Part shown: positions 48,654-60,170 of the stretch, one piece after another
Layout of the letters: each line of letters begins with the position of its first letter
Numbering within the stretch: the first letter of the stretch is position 1
Assembly: GCA_028534125.1 (NCBI GenBank)
Contig: CM052816.1
Span: 63,738,001-63,802,000, forward strand
Direction of reading: 5' to 3'
Length of the DNA stretch: 64,000 bases
Source of the DNA: Lama glama
Lineage: Eukaryota
Position numbers and translations under genes: made by a program
The notes under the pieces: model-generated
The model's input: the letters and a program-made list of their open reading frames with translations, nothing else
Told to the model about the DNA's origin: nothing
Databases searched by the model: none

Positions 48654-50631
48654 TCCCTCTTTCCCTTTTTAAACCTGTTTAGATATTAAATGTGCTGAAA
48701 GTAGAAACATCTGGGCTTGTTTGCAGGCACAACCTTCCCTAAGTTCTGTTCTTCTTTTCTATACCTTTTTCACCTGTGTTTGATCCTCAGATGACTTATT
48801 GATGGTAGTTATGTAGGCGGTTCATTTGTGGGAAAGACTAGAGCTAGCTTTTCTTCTTTTCTGCACAAGCCATGATTTTTTCTCCTGTAGTATAGCTGAA
48901 TTCTGTCTTCTGCAATAGTAAGCCTTGTTCCTTCCTTTGTTTGGGTCTAGTTTTTATGCTGCAATGAGATTCTCACTCTTTGGCTAGGCCTTGTTTTCTT
49001 TCACATACCTTGACTGCCCAGAATAACTTCCAAATGAATGTATATCCTGTTCCTCCTAACCTCTTTCAAGATCATTGCAAAAACCCACCAGGATCTGCAA
49101 AGCTTATTGCGTTAATGTTCTCTCAATGTTCCCTGTCATCAACCAGACTGGACTTGCTCACATATTTCAACTGCAGTCTCTTTAAGGCCAGGATTTCATT
49201 CCATTTTCTTGCTTTTGTCCACTGCGTTTTAGCAGCTCAAAAGGGCACGCATCCCTGGCACCCCATGAATAAATGAAATCGCACACTGTAATAATGACAA
49301 TAGGGCACGCACTCCTCCACCAGCCTACCGAGTGAACCGCTCTTTTCACTATTTTGCAAAATCACAATGACTCACTAGAGGTTTCTTCCCACCTACCTGA
49401 TTCTGAGCCCAGTGAATTATAAACATGTTTTATTTAACAAATTCACTTTTATTACTAAGTCAGCTTCTATCACAATACTTAAGGTTCTGTTTGCAGGTTC
49501 ATAACATGGCCATAAAATTTTGCTTCAGGCAGATACTTCGGTCTAATGACTCTTGGTACAAAATGTCATTATTAGAATCCTTTTATTTTAACATCAGAGA
49601 AAGTTAAAAAAAATCTTCTACTTAAAAAAAAACTTTTCAAACTCTATTATTTTGTGTGATGGCCTCTCCAAGGTGCTCTCTAGACTACCTTCCCTCAAAC
49701 TTGGATTCCAACAGGAATGCTTGAAACCTGAAACTGACTCTGGTGCTTACACATGCATTTTAGTATTACTTTGAGCTTGCTTCTGGTGAACAAATCTTTA
49801 GAAGAAATAAAAATAATTGCCTATTTTGACTAAATATGACTTTTTCTTGATACTCACAACAAGACTTATCTTCTGCAAAGACAGGAGCCTCTGTCTCTTA
49901 GAAGTTCTTGTTAACACTTACAAAAGGGCTTGGAAGGCATGTTCAATAATGGTTTCTTTTAAATGCCGGTTACTTAGTAAAAGGGGGAGTAGTTGTAGAA
50001 GGATTAAAAGATTTATTTTCTTTTGAAATCTGTGGTTCCTTTAAAGTTCAGGGATAAACATGCAGTTTCCTGTGCCTTACCTGCAGCCTTCTAAACAACC
50101 AATGAACCCGCTCCAGAAGAAATTCAATTTCCCCTGAAGGAGTGTGAGTGAAGAGAGGCCCACTCAAATTTGGAGACAGATGGCCTTGACAAGCTCACCA
50201 ACAGGGAATGAAGCCTGATGGGGTTTGAAATAGCTTAGGGGCCACCAATCCATGCCCAGCTAATTGTGTTAGGTGGGCTTGGGATATAAGGGGGGAAAGA
50301 AATTGTGACTAAGGGAGAGGTACCCTTAAAAGCCTCAGGATCCGACATCATAGTAATGATGTCACTGAATGAATGATCCCAGAACTCAAATAGAAAGATT
50401 TAATATCTAGTACTCTCTTTTCAGCTGACTGGAGGAGAATGGAGATGAGGTCTATTACTTTTTTGTTGCCAATTAATATTCTATTTCTGTGCTTTGGGTT
50501 AAAAAATTATGGAACTAGAAGAATACTGAATTATTGGTAGAAATGTCAAAAGTTAAACACGCCAGTGGCTGCAAGTTTTCACCAATACATGTTTCTTTCA
50601 GTCACCCCGAGCTAAAAGATAGTCAGAGTGC

Positions 50632-50675
50632 CTGGGATGCTGGGATGCTGGGATGCTGGGATACTGGGATGCTGG
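50632..50675 (+). repeat. (CTGGGATG)5.5 tandem repeat
   Basis: Read directly; one unit is ctgggata. Confidence 0.95.
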
Positions 50676-50889
50676 TTAAGAGTTGACAACAGGTGCTGCT
50701 TTGACATGGAGCATTCAGTGATATCACTGTAATAACTTCAGACCTTAACTCAAGTACACTGTGAGGGCAGTGTAAGAAGCTGGGGAGAAAGAACTGAAAC
50801 ATTTGAGATATCCATCCCTTTATTTGTTGCCTTTCTGTCCCTGACAAGACTTTAGACCTTCATAAAGAGCAGCCACATTTACTCTTTGT

Positions 50890-51025
50890 TTAAGGGAACT
50901 GGTCCCTGACCAATGGCATTGGCATCTCCAGGGAACTCGTTGAAATACAAATTTTTAGCCCCGCCTCAACTTACAGAATTCAGGTGTGGGGCAACACCTG
51001 TTTGAACAAACTGTCCAGATGATTC
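50890..51025. mobile_element. MER5A-like MITE, interrupted by an LTR (remnant gtttgag at 51647)
   Basis: tggtccctgacca...ggcatctccagggaactcgttgaaatacaaatt...tgtttgaacaa...ccagatgattc. Confidence 0.75.
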
Positions 51026-51646
51026 TGATGCAGGAAAAATGGATGTGGGGCATGAGGAGGGCCGTGTCCCAGGCTTCGGTTGAGCCCCTGGGACGTGCCC
51101 CACCAAGTGTGGGTCCTTGGCTTTGTGCAGGAAAGAATTTAAGAGCAAGCCACAGCTAAGTAAAGGTAGATTTATTTAGAGAGATACATTGAAAGGCAAG
51201 AGAAAGGCCACGAGGTGTGGGGGTTGGGTGCTCAGATTAGAGTAAAAGTAGGTACACACTCCATAGACAGAGTGTGGGCCATCTCCACAGGGGGAGAGAG
51301 AGAGACCGTGAGGGGCAGTGTTGCCAGTTTTTATGGGTTTTGGTAGCTTCATATGCTGATAAGCGGAAGGACCAGTCTAGCTAGCCTGGGATTCCCAGGA
51401 AATTGGCCATTTCCCACTCTTTGACCTTTTGTGGCTAGCCTTGGGACTGTCATGGCGCCTGTGGGCATGTTATTTACCATGTTAATATATTACAATGGGC
51501 ATATAATGAAGCTCAAGATCTGCTAGAAGTCAAATCTCCCACCATCTTGAGCCTCAAGGCCTATTGGGGGTTGAATCTTCCACCATTTTGATGTTAATTG
51601 CTGTAGCATTCCTTGAATGGCTGTGCCCTGCCCCCTTCCTGTGTCA
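51026..51646 (-). mobile_element. MER41-like ERV1 solo LTR, complete
   Basis: tgatgcagg...tgtgtca gives TG/CA ends. Minus-strand AATAAA at 51171-51176. Shares cacactccatagacagagtg and actgtcatggc with the reverse complement of 6644-7071. Confidence 0.85.
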
Positions 51647-52224
51647 GTTTGAGGCCTTCAACTCTGAGAATCTTTGACTCAGAATTGCATCAGTTCCCAC
51701 CTCTCACCTGGTTCTTTGCCTCTCATTTCATTCTAGTCTCTGTTTCCTTTCCCTGGTGACCTATTACCTCAAACTTTCCTTGGTGTCTAGACCCTTTGAA
51801 CTGAAGCCACCTTTAGATGGTTAAACTGCCTTCCTCTACAGACTTCTTTGCAGGGCTACAGAACTGATCTTTGCAGATCCACAGGTGAAAACATATAGGG
51901 ACATCTCTCTATCTTTCTTTGATGCCTGGCTCAGGTGTCAGCCTGGCCCTCAGAACCCAAATCCTCCCCCATTTTAGCAAGACCACCATCTACATCTCCA
52001 AGACTGATAAAAGTCAGTATCAGCAGCTATAAAAACAGGTTGATTTGTGATAGAGAAAAGGTAGCATGGAATCAATCAGACCAGATTTAGACCCTGGATT
52101 TACCATTTACTAAGTATGTGAACTTGTGAAGAAACTAACAGATAATAATATTTACCTCCAAGTATTAGTGTAAGAGTAAATGAAATAATGTATCAGAGCC
52201 ATGGCATATTTTTATATTGTTGAG

Positions 52225-52380
52225 ATATTGTCCCCTCAGCCCTCAGGGTTCCTGCCTAGAGCAGCTGGAGCTTGAAGCCACTCATTCCAGCTGAGCAGCC
52301 TCATCCATTTATACCAATGTGCTATAAAAATATTACCAATTTTTATGTAGGACATGATGTAAAAATGATGGGAACCACAG
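52225..52380. mobile_element. MER112-like hAT element within a MIR (about 52060-52440)
   Basis: ccaatgtgctataaaaatattaccaatttttatgt...catgatgtaaaaatgatgggaaccac. MIR-like sequence lies on both sides. Confidence 0.55.
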
Positions 52381-53783
52381 CTCTACATAGGCACCTGTAT
52401 GGCTATGCCACCCAGTAGGGCCTCAATAAATAGTAGTAGTTACTGTATCTCTGACTATAGATTAGGGCCACCATGAGGAATAGTGACAAATGGTGCAATG
52501 ACAACTCTGAAGACTTTAGTGATCTCTAGGGAAAGCCCAGAAGCCAGCTTTAACTCTGCCAGAGAAAAGAAAGAACCCAGAAGGGCTCATGACCTCAACT
52601 ATTCTACAAACCTGGGGTCAGTGTCAAAGGCTGTACTCATACTGCCACCCAGAACTGTGGTTACCTTCCTTTTGGCTCGTAGCTGCTCAGAAGTCAACAG
52701 TTTCTGAGTTCCAGTCAGGATGGCAGAACACTACAACCATGAGCTCACCTCCTCTCACGAAACAGAAACCACACCTGATGGCTGAACAAGCATCAGTAGA
52801 AAGACTGGAATCTACCAAAAAAAGATCTTCTTCAATTAGAGACATAAAGAGGGAACCACAATGGATGGTAGGAGGGGCATGCTTGCCGTATAATCAGATC
52901 CCATAACCCCCTGGTGGGTGACCCACAAGCTGGAGACTAATTACTTTACAGAGGTTTATCCACAGGAGTGGGAGTCATGAACCCCTTGTCAGGCTCCTCA
53001 GCCCAGGATTCCAGCATTAGGAAGAGGAGCCCCCAGAGATTTGGCTTTGAAGGCCAGAGGGGCGTAACTGCAGGAGCTCCACAGGACTGGAGGAAAGAGA
53101 GAATTTACTCTTGAAGAGTGCACACAGAATCTCACATGCACTGGAACCAAAAGTAGAAGTAGTAATTTCATAGGAGCCTGGGCCAGATATGCCTGCTGGT
53201 CTTGGAGGGTCTCCTGGGGAGCTAGGGGGCAGCTGTGGCTTACTCAGTGGACATAAAAGCTAGTGGCAAATATTCGGGAAGCATTCAGCTGCATGAACTT
53301 TCCTGGGAGGCTGACATCTTCCTTGGGTCATTAGCACCAAGACTTGGCCCCAGTCAACAGCCTGTAGGCTTAAGTGCAGGGATGCCTCAGGCCAAACAAC
53401 TGAGAGGGAACACAGCCCCACCTATCAGCAGACAAGCTGCCTAAGGACTTCCTGACCCCATAGCCACCCCTAGACATTCCCCTAGACACAACCTTGCCCA
53501 TCAGGATCAGGACCCAACTCTACCCACCAATGGGCAGGCACTGACTCCTCCCATGCAGAAGCCTGCACAAGCCTCTAGAACAGCTTCACCCACCAGGATA
53601 CAGATACCAGAAGCAAGAAAACAATTCAGCCTGTAGGATGAATCTACCCTGGGCCTTGGGTGATGAGAAAGAATGCACTGCTGGGACGCGTAGGACATCA
53701 CCTACAGCAGGCCACTTCTCCAAGGTTGAGAAATGTAATTAACTATCACATACTTAAAAATACAAATAGAAAATTTAGACAAG

Positions 53784-54645
53784 ATGAGGCAGCAGAGGAT
53801 TATGTTCCAGGCAAAGGAACAAGATAAAATCCCACAAGAAGAACTAAGTGATGGGGAGCTAGCCAATCTACCTGAGACTAATGATTGTGAATATGATCAG
53901 AAAACAGGAGGAGAATGGATGCATAGAGAGAGAAGTTAGAAGTTATAGCAAAGAGAAAATTAAAGAACAACCAGAGATGAAGAACACAGTTGCTGAAATG
54001 AATAATACACTAGAAGGAACCAAGAGTAGACTAGATGAGGCAGAAGAACAGATCAGTGAGCTAGAAGGCAGAGTAGTAGAAATCAATACCACAGAACAGA
54101 AAAAAGAAAAAAGAATGAAAAGAAATGAAGATAGTTTAAGAGACCTCTGGGACAACATGAAGCGCACTAATATTCCCAGGAAGCGAAGAGAGAGAGAAAG
54201 GATGTGAGAAAATATTTGAAGAGATAACAGCTGAAGACTTCCCTAACTTGGGAAAGGAAATAATCACCCAAGTCCAGTAAGCCTAGAGAGTCCCATACAG
54301 GATTAACCCAAAGAGGAGCACACTGAGGCACATAGTAATCAAATTGATAAAAATTAAAGATAAGGAGAAAATATTAAAAGCACCAGGAGAAAATCAACAA
54401 ATAACATACTAGGGAACTCCCACAAGGTTATCAGCTGATTTTTCAGCAGAAACTGCAGGCCAGATGGGAGTGGCTTGATATATTTAAAGTGATGAAAGAA
54501 AAAACCCTACAACCAAGAATACTCTGCCCAGCAAGGCTCTCATTCAGATTTGTTGGAGATCAAAAGCTTTACAGATAAGCAAAAGCTGAAAGAATTCAGC
54601 ACCACCCAACCAGCTTTACAACAAATGCTAAAGGAACTTGTCTAG
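53784..54645 (+). pseudogene. L1 ORF1p remnant (coiled-coil, RRM, CTD), disrupted
   Basis: Peptide MKNTVAEMNNTLEGTKSRLDEAEEQISELEGRVVEI...EDSLRDLWDNMKRTNI (53881-54207). Multiple stops and frameshifts. Confidence 0.9.
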
Positions 54646-55121
54646 ATCGAAAAATAAAGGCCCCAACTAGAAACGAGAAAATTACAAAATGGAAAAGCAC
54701 ACCAGTAAAGGCAAATACACAGTAGAGGTAGGAAATTGTACACACACAAACTAATAGGTAAGTTAAAAGACAAAAATAGGAAAACTATCTGTATCCATAA
54801 TAAGCAGGTAGAGTATACACAAAACAGTTAGATGTAAACCATGATATCAAAACTAGTAACTATGGAGGGAGGAGAGTGCAAATGTAGGTTATCTAAACTG
54901 CATTTGAAATGAAGAGATCAGCAACTTAAAACACCCATGTACGTACATAGACTTCTATACCAAAACCTCATGGTAACCACAAACTAAAAATCTGCAATAG
55001 ATATATACACACAAAAGAAAGGAATCCAAACATAATGCTAGAGATAGTCATTAAATCACAAGAGAACAAAAGGAGAAAGGGGAAAAATATCTACAAAAAC
55101 AAATTCAGAACAATTTACAAA

Positions 55122-58058
55122 ATGGCAATGAGAACATACATATCAATAATTACCTTAAATGTAAACAGATTAAATGCTCCAGCCAAAAGACACAGACTGG
55201 CTCAATAAATATAAAAATAAGACTTGTGTATATGCTGTCATACACCCCACTTACATCAATGGACAGAGCATCCAGACAGAAAATCAGTAAGAAAATACAG
55301 GCCCTAATGACATTAGACCAGATGAATTTAATTGATATTCATAGACCATTCCATCCAAAAGCAGCAGAATATATATTCTCAAGTACACATGGAACATTCT
55401 CCAGGATCGATCACTTGCTGGCTCACAAAGCAAGCCTCAGCAAATTTAAGAAAATTGAAATCATATCAGGCATCTTTTCTGACTACAATGCTCTGGGGTT
55501 AGAAATCAACTACAAGAAAAAATTGCAAAACTCACAAACACATGGAGGCTAAAAAATACGCTACTAAACAACCAGTAAAGAAATCGAATAGGGAATAAAA
55601 ACATACTTAGAGATAAATGAAAATGAAAACAAAATGATCCAAAACCTATGGGACACAATGAAAGCAGTTCTAAGAGCAAAGTTTATAGCAATACGAGCTT
55701 ACGTCAGGAAACAAAAACAATCTTAAATAAACAACCTAACCTTACACCTAAGGCAATTAGAGAAAGAAGAACAAACAAAACCCAAAGTTAGTAGAAGGAA
55801 AGAAATCATAAAGATTAGAGCAGAAATAAATGAAACAGACCAAAAAATAAAAATCAATGAAACTAAAAGCTGGTTCTTTGAATAGATAAACAAAATTGAT
55901 AAACCTTTAGTCAGACTCACAAGAAAAAAAGGGAGATTAATTAATAAAATCAGAGAAAAAGGAGAAGTTACAACTGACACCACAGAAATACAAAAGATCA
56001 TAAGAAACTATTATGAGTGACTATCTGCCAAAAAAATGGACAACCTAGAAGAAATGGGCAATTTCTTAGAAAAGTACAATTTGCCAAGACTGAACCAGGA
56101 AGAAATACAAAATATGAACAGACCAATTACCAGTACTAAAATTGAATCAGTAATTTAAAAACTCCCAACCAGCAAAAGTCCAGGATCAGATGGCTTCGCA
56201 GGGGAATTCTACCAAACAGTTAGAGAATAGTTAGTGCCTATCTTTCTAAAACTATTCCAAAAAATTGCAGAGGAAGGAACACTTCTGAACTTATTCTATG
56301 AGGCCATCATCACCCTGATGCTAAAACCAGACAAAGGTATCACAAAAAAAGAAAATTACAAGCCAATACCACTTATGAATATAGATGCAAAAATCCTCAA
56401 CAAAATACTAGCAAATTGACTCCAACAACACATTAAAAGGATCATAGACCATGATTCATCCCAAGGATGCAAGGAATTTTCAATATCCACAAATCAATCA
56501 ATGTGATACACCACATTAACAAATAAAAGAATAAAAACCACATGGTCATCTCAACAGATGCAGAAAAACTTTGATAAAATTCAAAATCCACTTATGATAA
56601 AAAAAGAAAACCTCTCCAGAAAGTGGGCCTAGAGAGAACACACCTCGACATAATAAAAGCTATATATGACAAACCCACAGCTAACATCATACTCAATGGT
56701 GAAAAGCTGAAAGCATTTCCTTTAGGATCAGGAACAAGACAAGGATGCCCGCTCTTGCCACTTTTATTCAACATAGTTTTGGAAATCCGAGCCATAGCAG
56801 TCAGAGAAGAAGAAGAAATAAAAGGAATCCAAATTGGAAAAGAAGAAGTAAAACTGTCAGTTTGCAGATCACATTATACTATACATAGAAAATCCTAAGG
56901 ACACTACCAGAAAACTACTAGAGCTCATCAGTGAATTTGGTAAAGTTGCAGAATACAAAATTAATCAGTTGCATTTCTATACACTAACAATGAAATAGCA
57001 GAAAAAGAAATTAATGAAACAATCCCATTTACCATCGCATCAAAGAGAATAAAATACCTAGGAATAAACCTACTCCAGGAGGCAAAAGACCTGTATTCCA
57101 AAAACTGTAAGACACTGATAAAAGATATTGAAGATGACACAAACAGATTGAGAGATATACCATGTTTTTGGATTAGAAGAATCAATATTGTTAAAATGGC
57201 CATGCTACCCAAGGCAATACACAGATTCAATGCCACCCCTATCAAATTACCAATAACATTTTTCACAGAACTAGAACAAAAAATTTTTACATTTGTATGG
57301 AAACATAAAAGACCCAAATAGCCAAAACAATCTTGAGAAAGAAGAATGGAGTTGGAGGAATCACGCTCCCTGACTTCAGACAATATCACAAAGCTACAGT
57401 AATCAAAACAACTTGATAGTAGCATAAAAACAGACACATAGATCAAAGGAACAGGACAGAGAGCCCAGAAATAAACCCACTCATTTATAGTCGATTAATC
57501 TATGACAAAGGAAGCAAAACTACACAGTGGAGAAAGGACAGTCTCTTCAATAAGTGGTGCTAGGAAAACTGGAAAGATACATGTAAAAGAATGAAATTAG
57601 AATATTCTCTGACACCATATACAAAATAAATGCAAAATGGATTGAAGACCTAAATATAAGACCAGATACTATAAAGCTCCTTGACGAAAACACAGGCAGA
57701 ACACTCTGACATAAATTGCAGCAATAGTTTTTTGGATCTGTCCCCTAGAGTAATGGAAATAAAAGCAAAGATAAATAAAATGGGACTTAATTAAACTTAA
57801 AAATTTTTGCACAGCAGAGGAAACCATAAACAAAACAAAAAGACAACCTGCAGAATGGGAGAAAATATTTACAAATGACACAACAGACAAAGGATTAATT
57901 TCTAAAATATACAAACAGCTCACAAAACATAAAAACAAACAAACAAACAAACAACCCAATAAAAAAAAATGGCCAGAAGACCTAAATAGACATTTCTTCG
58001 AAGAAGACATACAGATGGCCAACAGGCACGTGAAAAGATGCTCAGTATCACTAACTAT
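55122..58058 (+). pseudogene. L1 ORF2p remnant (APE endonuclease and reverse transcriptase), disrupted
   Basis: HGTFSRIDH and IFSDYN (EN), [23 protein letters not shown] and [18 protein letters not shown] (RT). The catalytic FADD reads FADH (tttgcagatcac, 56861-56872). Many stops. Confidence 0.95.
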
Positions 58059-58224
58059 GTTGACTGGCGAGCACGTTTTTTATGCTGGTAATTTTTTATT
58101 TACATTCACAATTTAAATAAGTAGGATCTTTGATTTGATGTCAAGGGGGAAAAAACATCAGAGCTCCTTTGGAGTGTGTATGGAGTTTAGGAGTTGGGAA
58201 ACAAACGATGCTAACAAATAGGGT

Positions 58225-58375
58225 AGTTTGTTTTCATTTTATAGATGGAAAAAGTAAGGCTCAGCATTTTAAGTAACTAGTTTAAGGTCATGTAGCTAAT
58301 AAATAGCAAAGCTGTTACTTAAGCCCGGTGCTGTCTAACCTGGTTCTACCTAACTCTAACACCTGGCTTCAACCT
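58225..58375 (-). mobile_element. MIR relic
   Basis: cattttatagatggaaaaagtaaggctcag...aagtaactagtttaaggtcatgtagctaataaatagcaaagct. Confidence 0.8.
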
Positions 58376-59734
58376 CTCTTTTGCGCTGCCTTCTTAAGGA
58401 TTGAAGTGGAGGTTTAGAGTGGACAGGGAGGCCCCACTGAGGAGTCTAACTGTTGCAGGCATTCAAGTTGGGAGGGACTGACTTGGTTAAAGACTAAGGT
58501 AACGTGTAGGCAAAGGGAATAGAGTGTACCTGCATCCCTTGAGTGGAAAGGCTAGGCCAGGTCATGTAGGAAGCAGAGGGAATTGGGGAGGGGTGCATGT
58601 TTCAGTTAAGCTATTGAAGCCTGTAATTAGGAGTTTTATTAAATTATTTTTTTAAAAAAACTTTAAAATGGTATGATAATCCGTTAAACATACTATGGTT
58701 TCAGGCGTTAGCTTTAATCACTTTTTCAATTTGTGTTATGTTGAATATTAAATGGAAGATACAGATATCGGCTTTATTTCATTTTGCTACTCTATCTCCT
58801 GTATGTAATGGCATAAATTAAATATCAAAGATCACTTACCTAGGCAAGGAATGTATGACAGATCAAGCGGGAAATAATTTTGGGGATGCCCCTACCAACT
58901 TTTTCCAATTTCTCTGAGTTAGGTTAAGTAAAAATATACACAATAAAGTGACTGAATAATAAATAACACATATGGAATATCCAGAGGATATTCTAGAGTA
59001 GTGTTCCTACCATTATCTGAGCTGAAAATGAGAGCTCAAATAACTGTCTTAGGAGCAGCAGGGTCGGGTCCGACTGGTGGACTGGAACAAATGAACTAAT
59101 GGGCCACTCAAGACAGGTAATGGATTAACCCTGAGCTCATGGATCTGTCATGACACAAATATGGCACCGAGTAGGTTACCTTCATCACATTTACTCTTGG
59201 TTTGAGATTCATAGGGTTGAGGCAGGATGCCAGCCGATACCCTCCAAAGGCAGGGAATGAGAAATCAGAACAAAACCTTTTCCATCAGTCCCTCACCAAA
59301 ATGAGCATCAATTCTAAAGGCTGATTTTTCAAGTAAGCAAGAGGCACAGTCTAATACAGAATTTCCCAGCATTGTTTTCACGCTTCTAATTTAAGTTGTA
59401 ACACTTTTCCACCTATCTACCCTGCATATTCCAGCAGAGGGTAGCACCATGGCTGTCTGGGGACAGTAGTGTTAAAATGCCATTTAGAAAAGGAGCACTG
59501 GCTTCAGGAGTGAAACCAATAAGAAACCACAGAAAGTAAGCCACCAAAAGGCCTTGAAGTTGAGTAGGAACAGGGTCAAGAAGGCAGTCCCAGACCTGGG
59601 CTCTTTCTGAGTGCTGTGGCATTGCTTGTGAGCTTCTCAGTGGTGTTCCCCTGATTGGACTCCTCTGATGGAACATTATTATGGCTTCAAGGTGAAAATG
59701 CCATGAAGAGCCAAACTGTTAAAGGCATTCAAAT

Positions 59735-60170
59735 AATAGATGCTATCGATCCCCTGCTGGAGTGCTTTGGCCTTCACTGTTCCCTTATATGCCCATGGTT
59801 TTCTATCAGCCGCTCCTGCAACTCTTTGCTGAAAGCACTGTCAGGGTGCTCAGCTCATCTGGAGCAGACCAGAAGCTAACGCCCCTGGGAGCAGCCTTGG
59901 CAATGACGGAGGAATGTTGCGGAAATGCTGCAGTGTCTGTACACTCTGACGGCACTGCCCTGGAGGTGGGTTCCCAGGGCCCCCTGGTGGGGCTGAGCCC
60001 CTGTTGCTCACAATGATTGTCTGTTCATGAACACACCTGCCTTGATTTTCTTCCCTTTCCCATTTCATTTCCTCCTTTACTGGTGCTTCCTAGATCATCA
60101 CCTCGAATAAATCACTTGCACTGAAATCCTCCTCTTTGAGTGTGATTCTGGGAGGCTGTAAATTAAGACA
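59735..60170 (+). mobile_element. ERVL solo LTR, LTR16C-like
   Basis: gggctgagcccctgttgctcaca...ttcttccctttccc...tggtgcttcctagatcatcacctcgaataaatcacttgcact...ttctgggagg...taagaca. Confidence 0.8.

Larger units (their letters stand above)
52706..58058 (+). mobile_element. LINE-1, 5' UTR + ORF1 + most of ORF2. Dead, 3'-truncated, with an internal endonuclease deletion
   Basis: Starts at a YY1-like caggatggc (about 52716-52724). Collinear ORF1 and ORF2 remnants appear in the ORF track. L1 similarity stops at gatgctcagtatcactaactat, with no 3' UTR or poly(A). Confidence 0.95.

Noticed and set aside
50632..50675. Short regular repeat considered as CRISPR-like
   Set aside because: Head-to-tail 8-mer with no spacers in a mammalian context; an ordinary minisatellite
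55723..58022. Hydrophobic minus-strand ORFs (92, 67, 161 and 117 aa) resembling membrane proteins
   Set aside because: They are antisense readings of A-rich L1 ORF2, a well-known artefact
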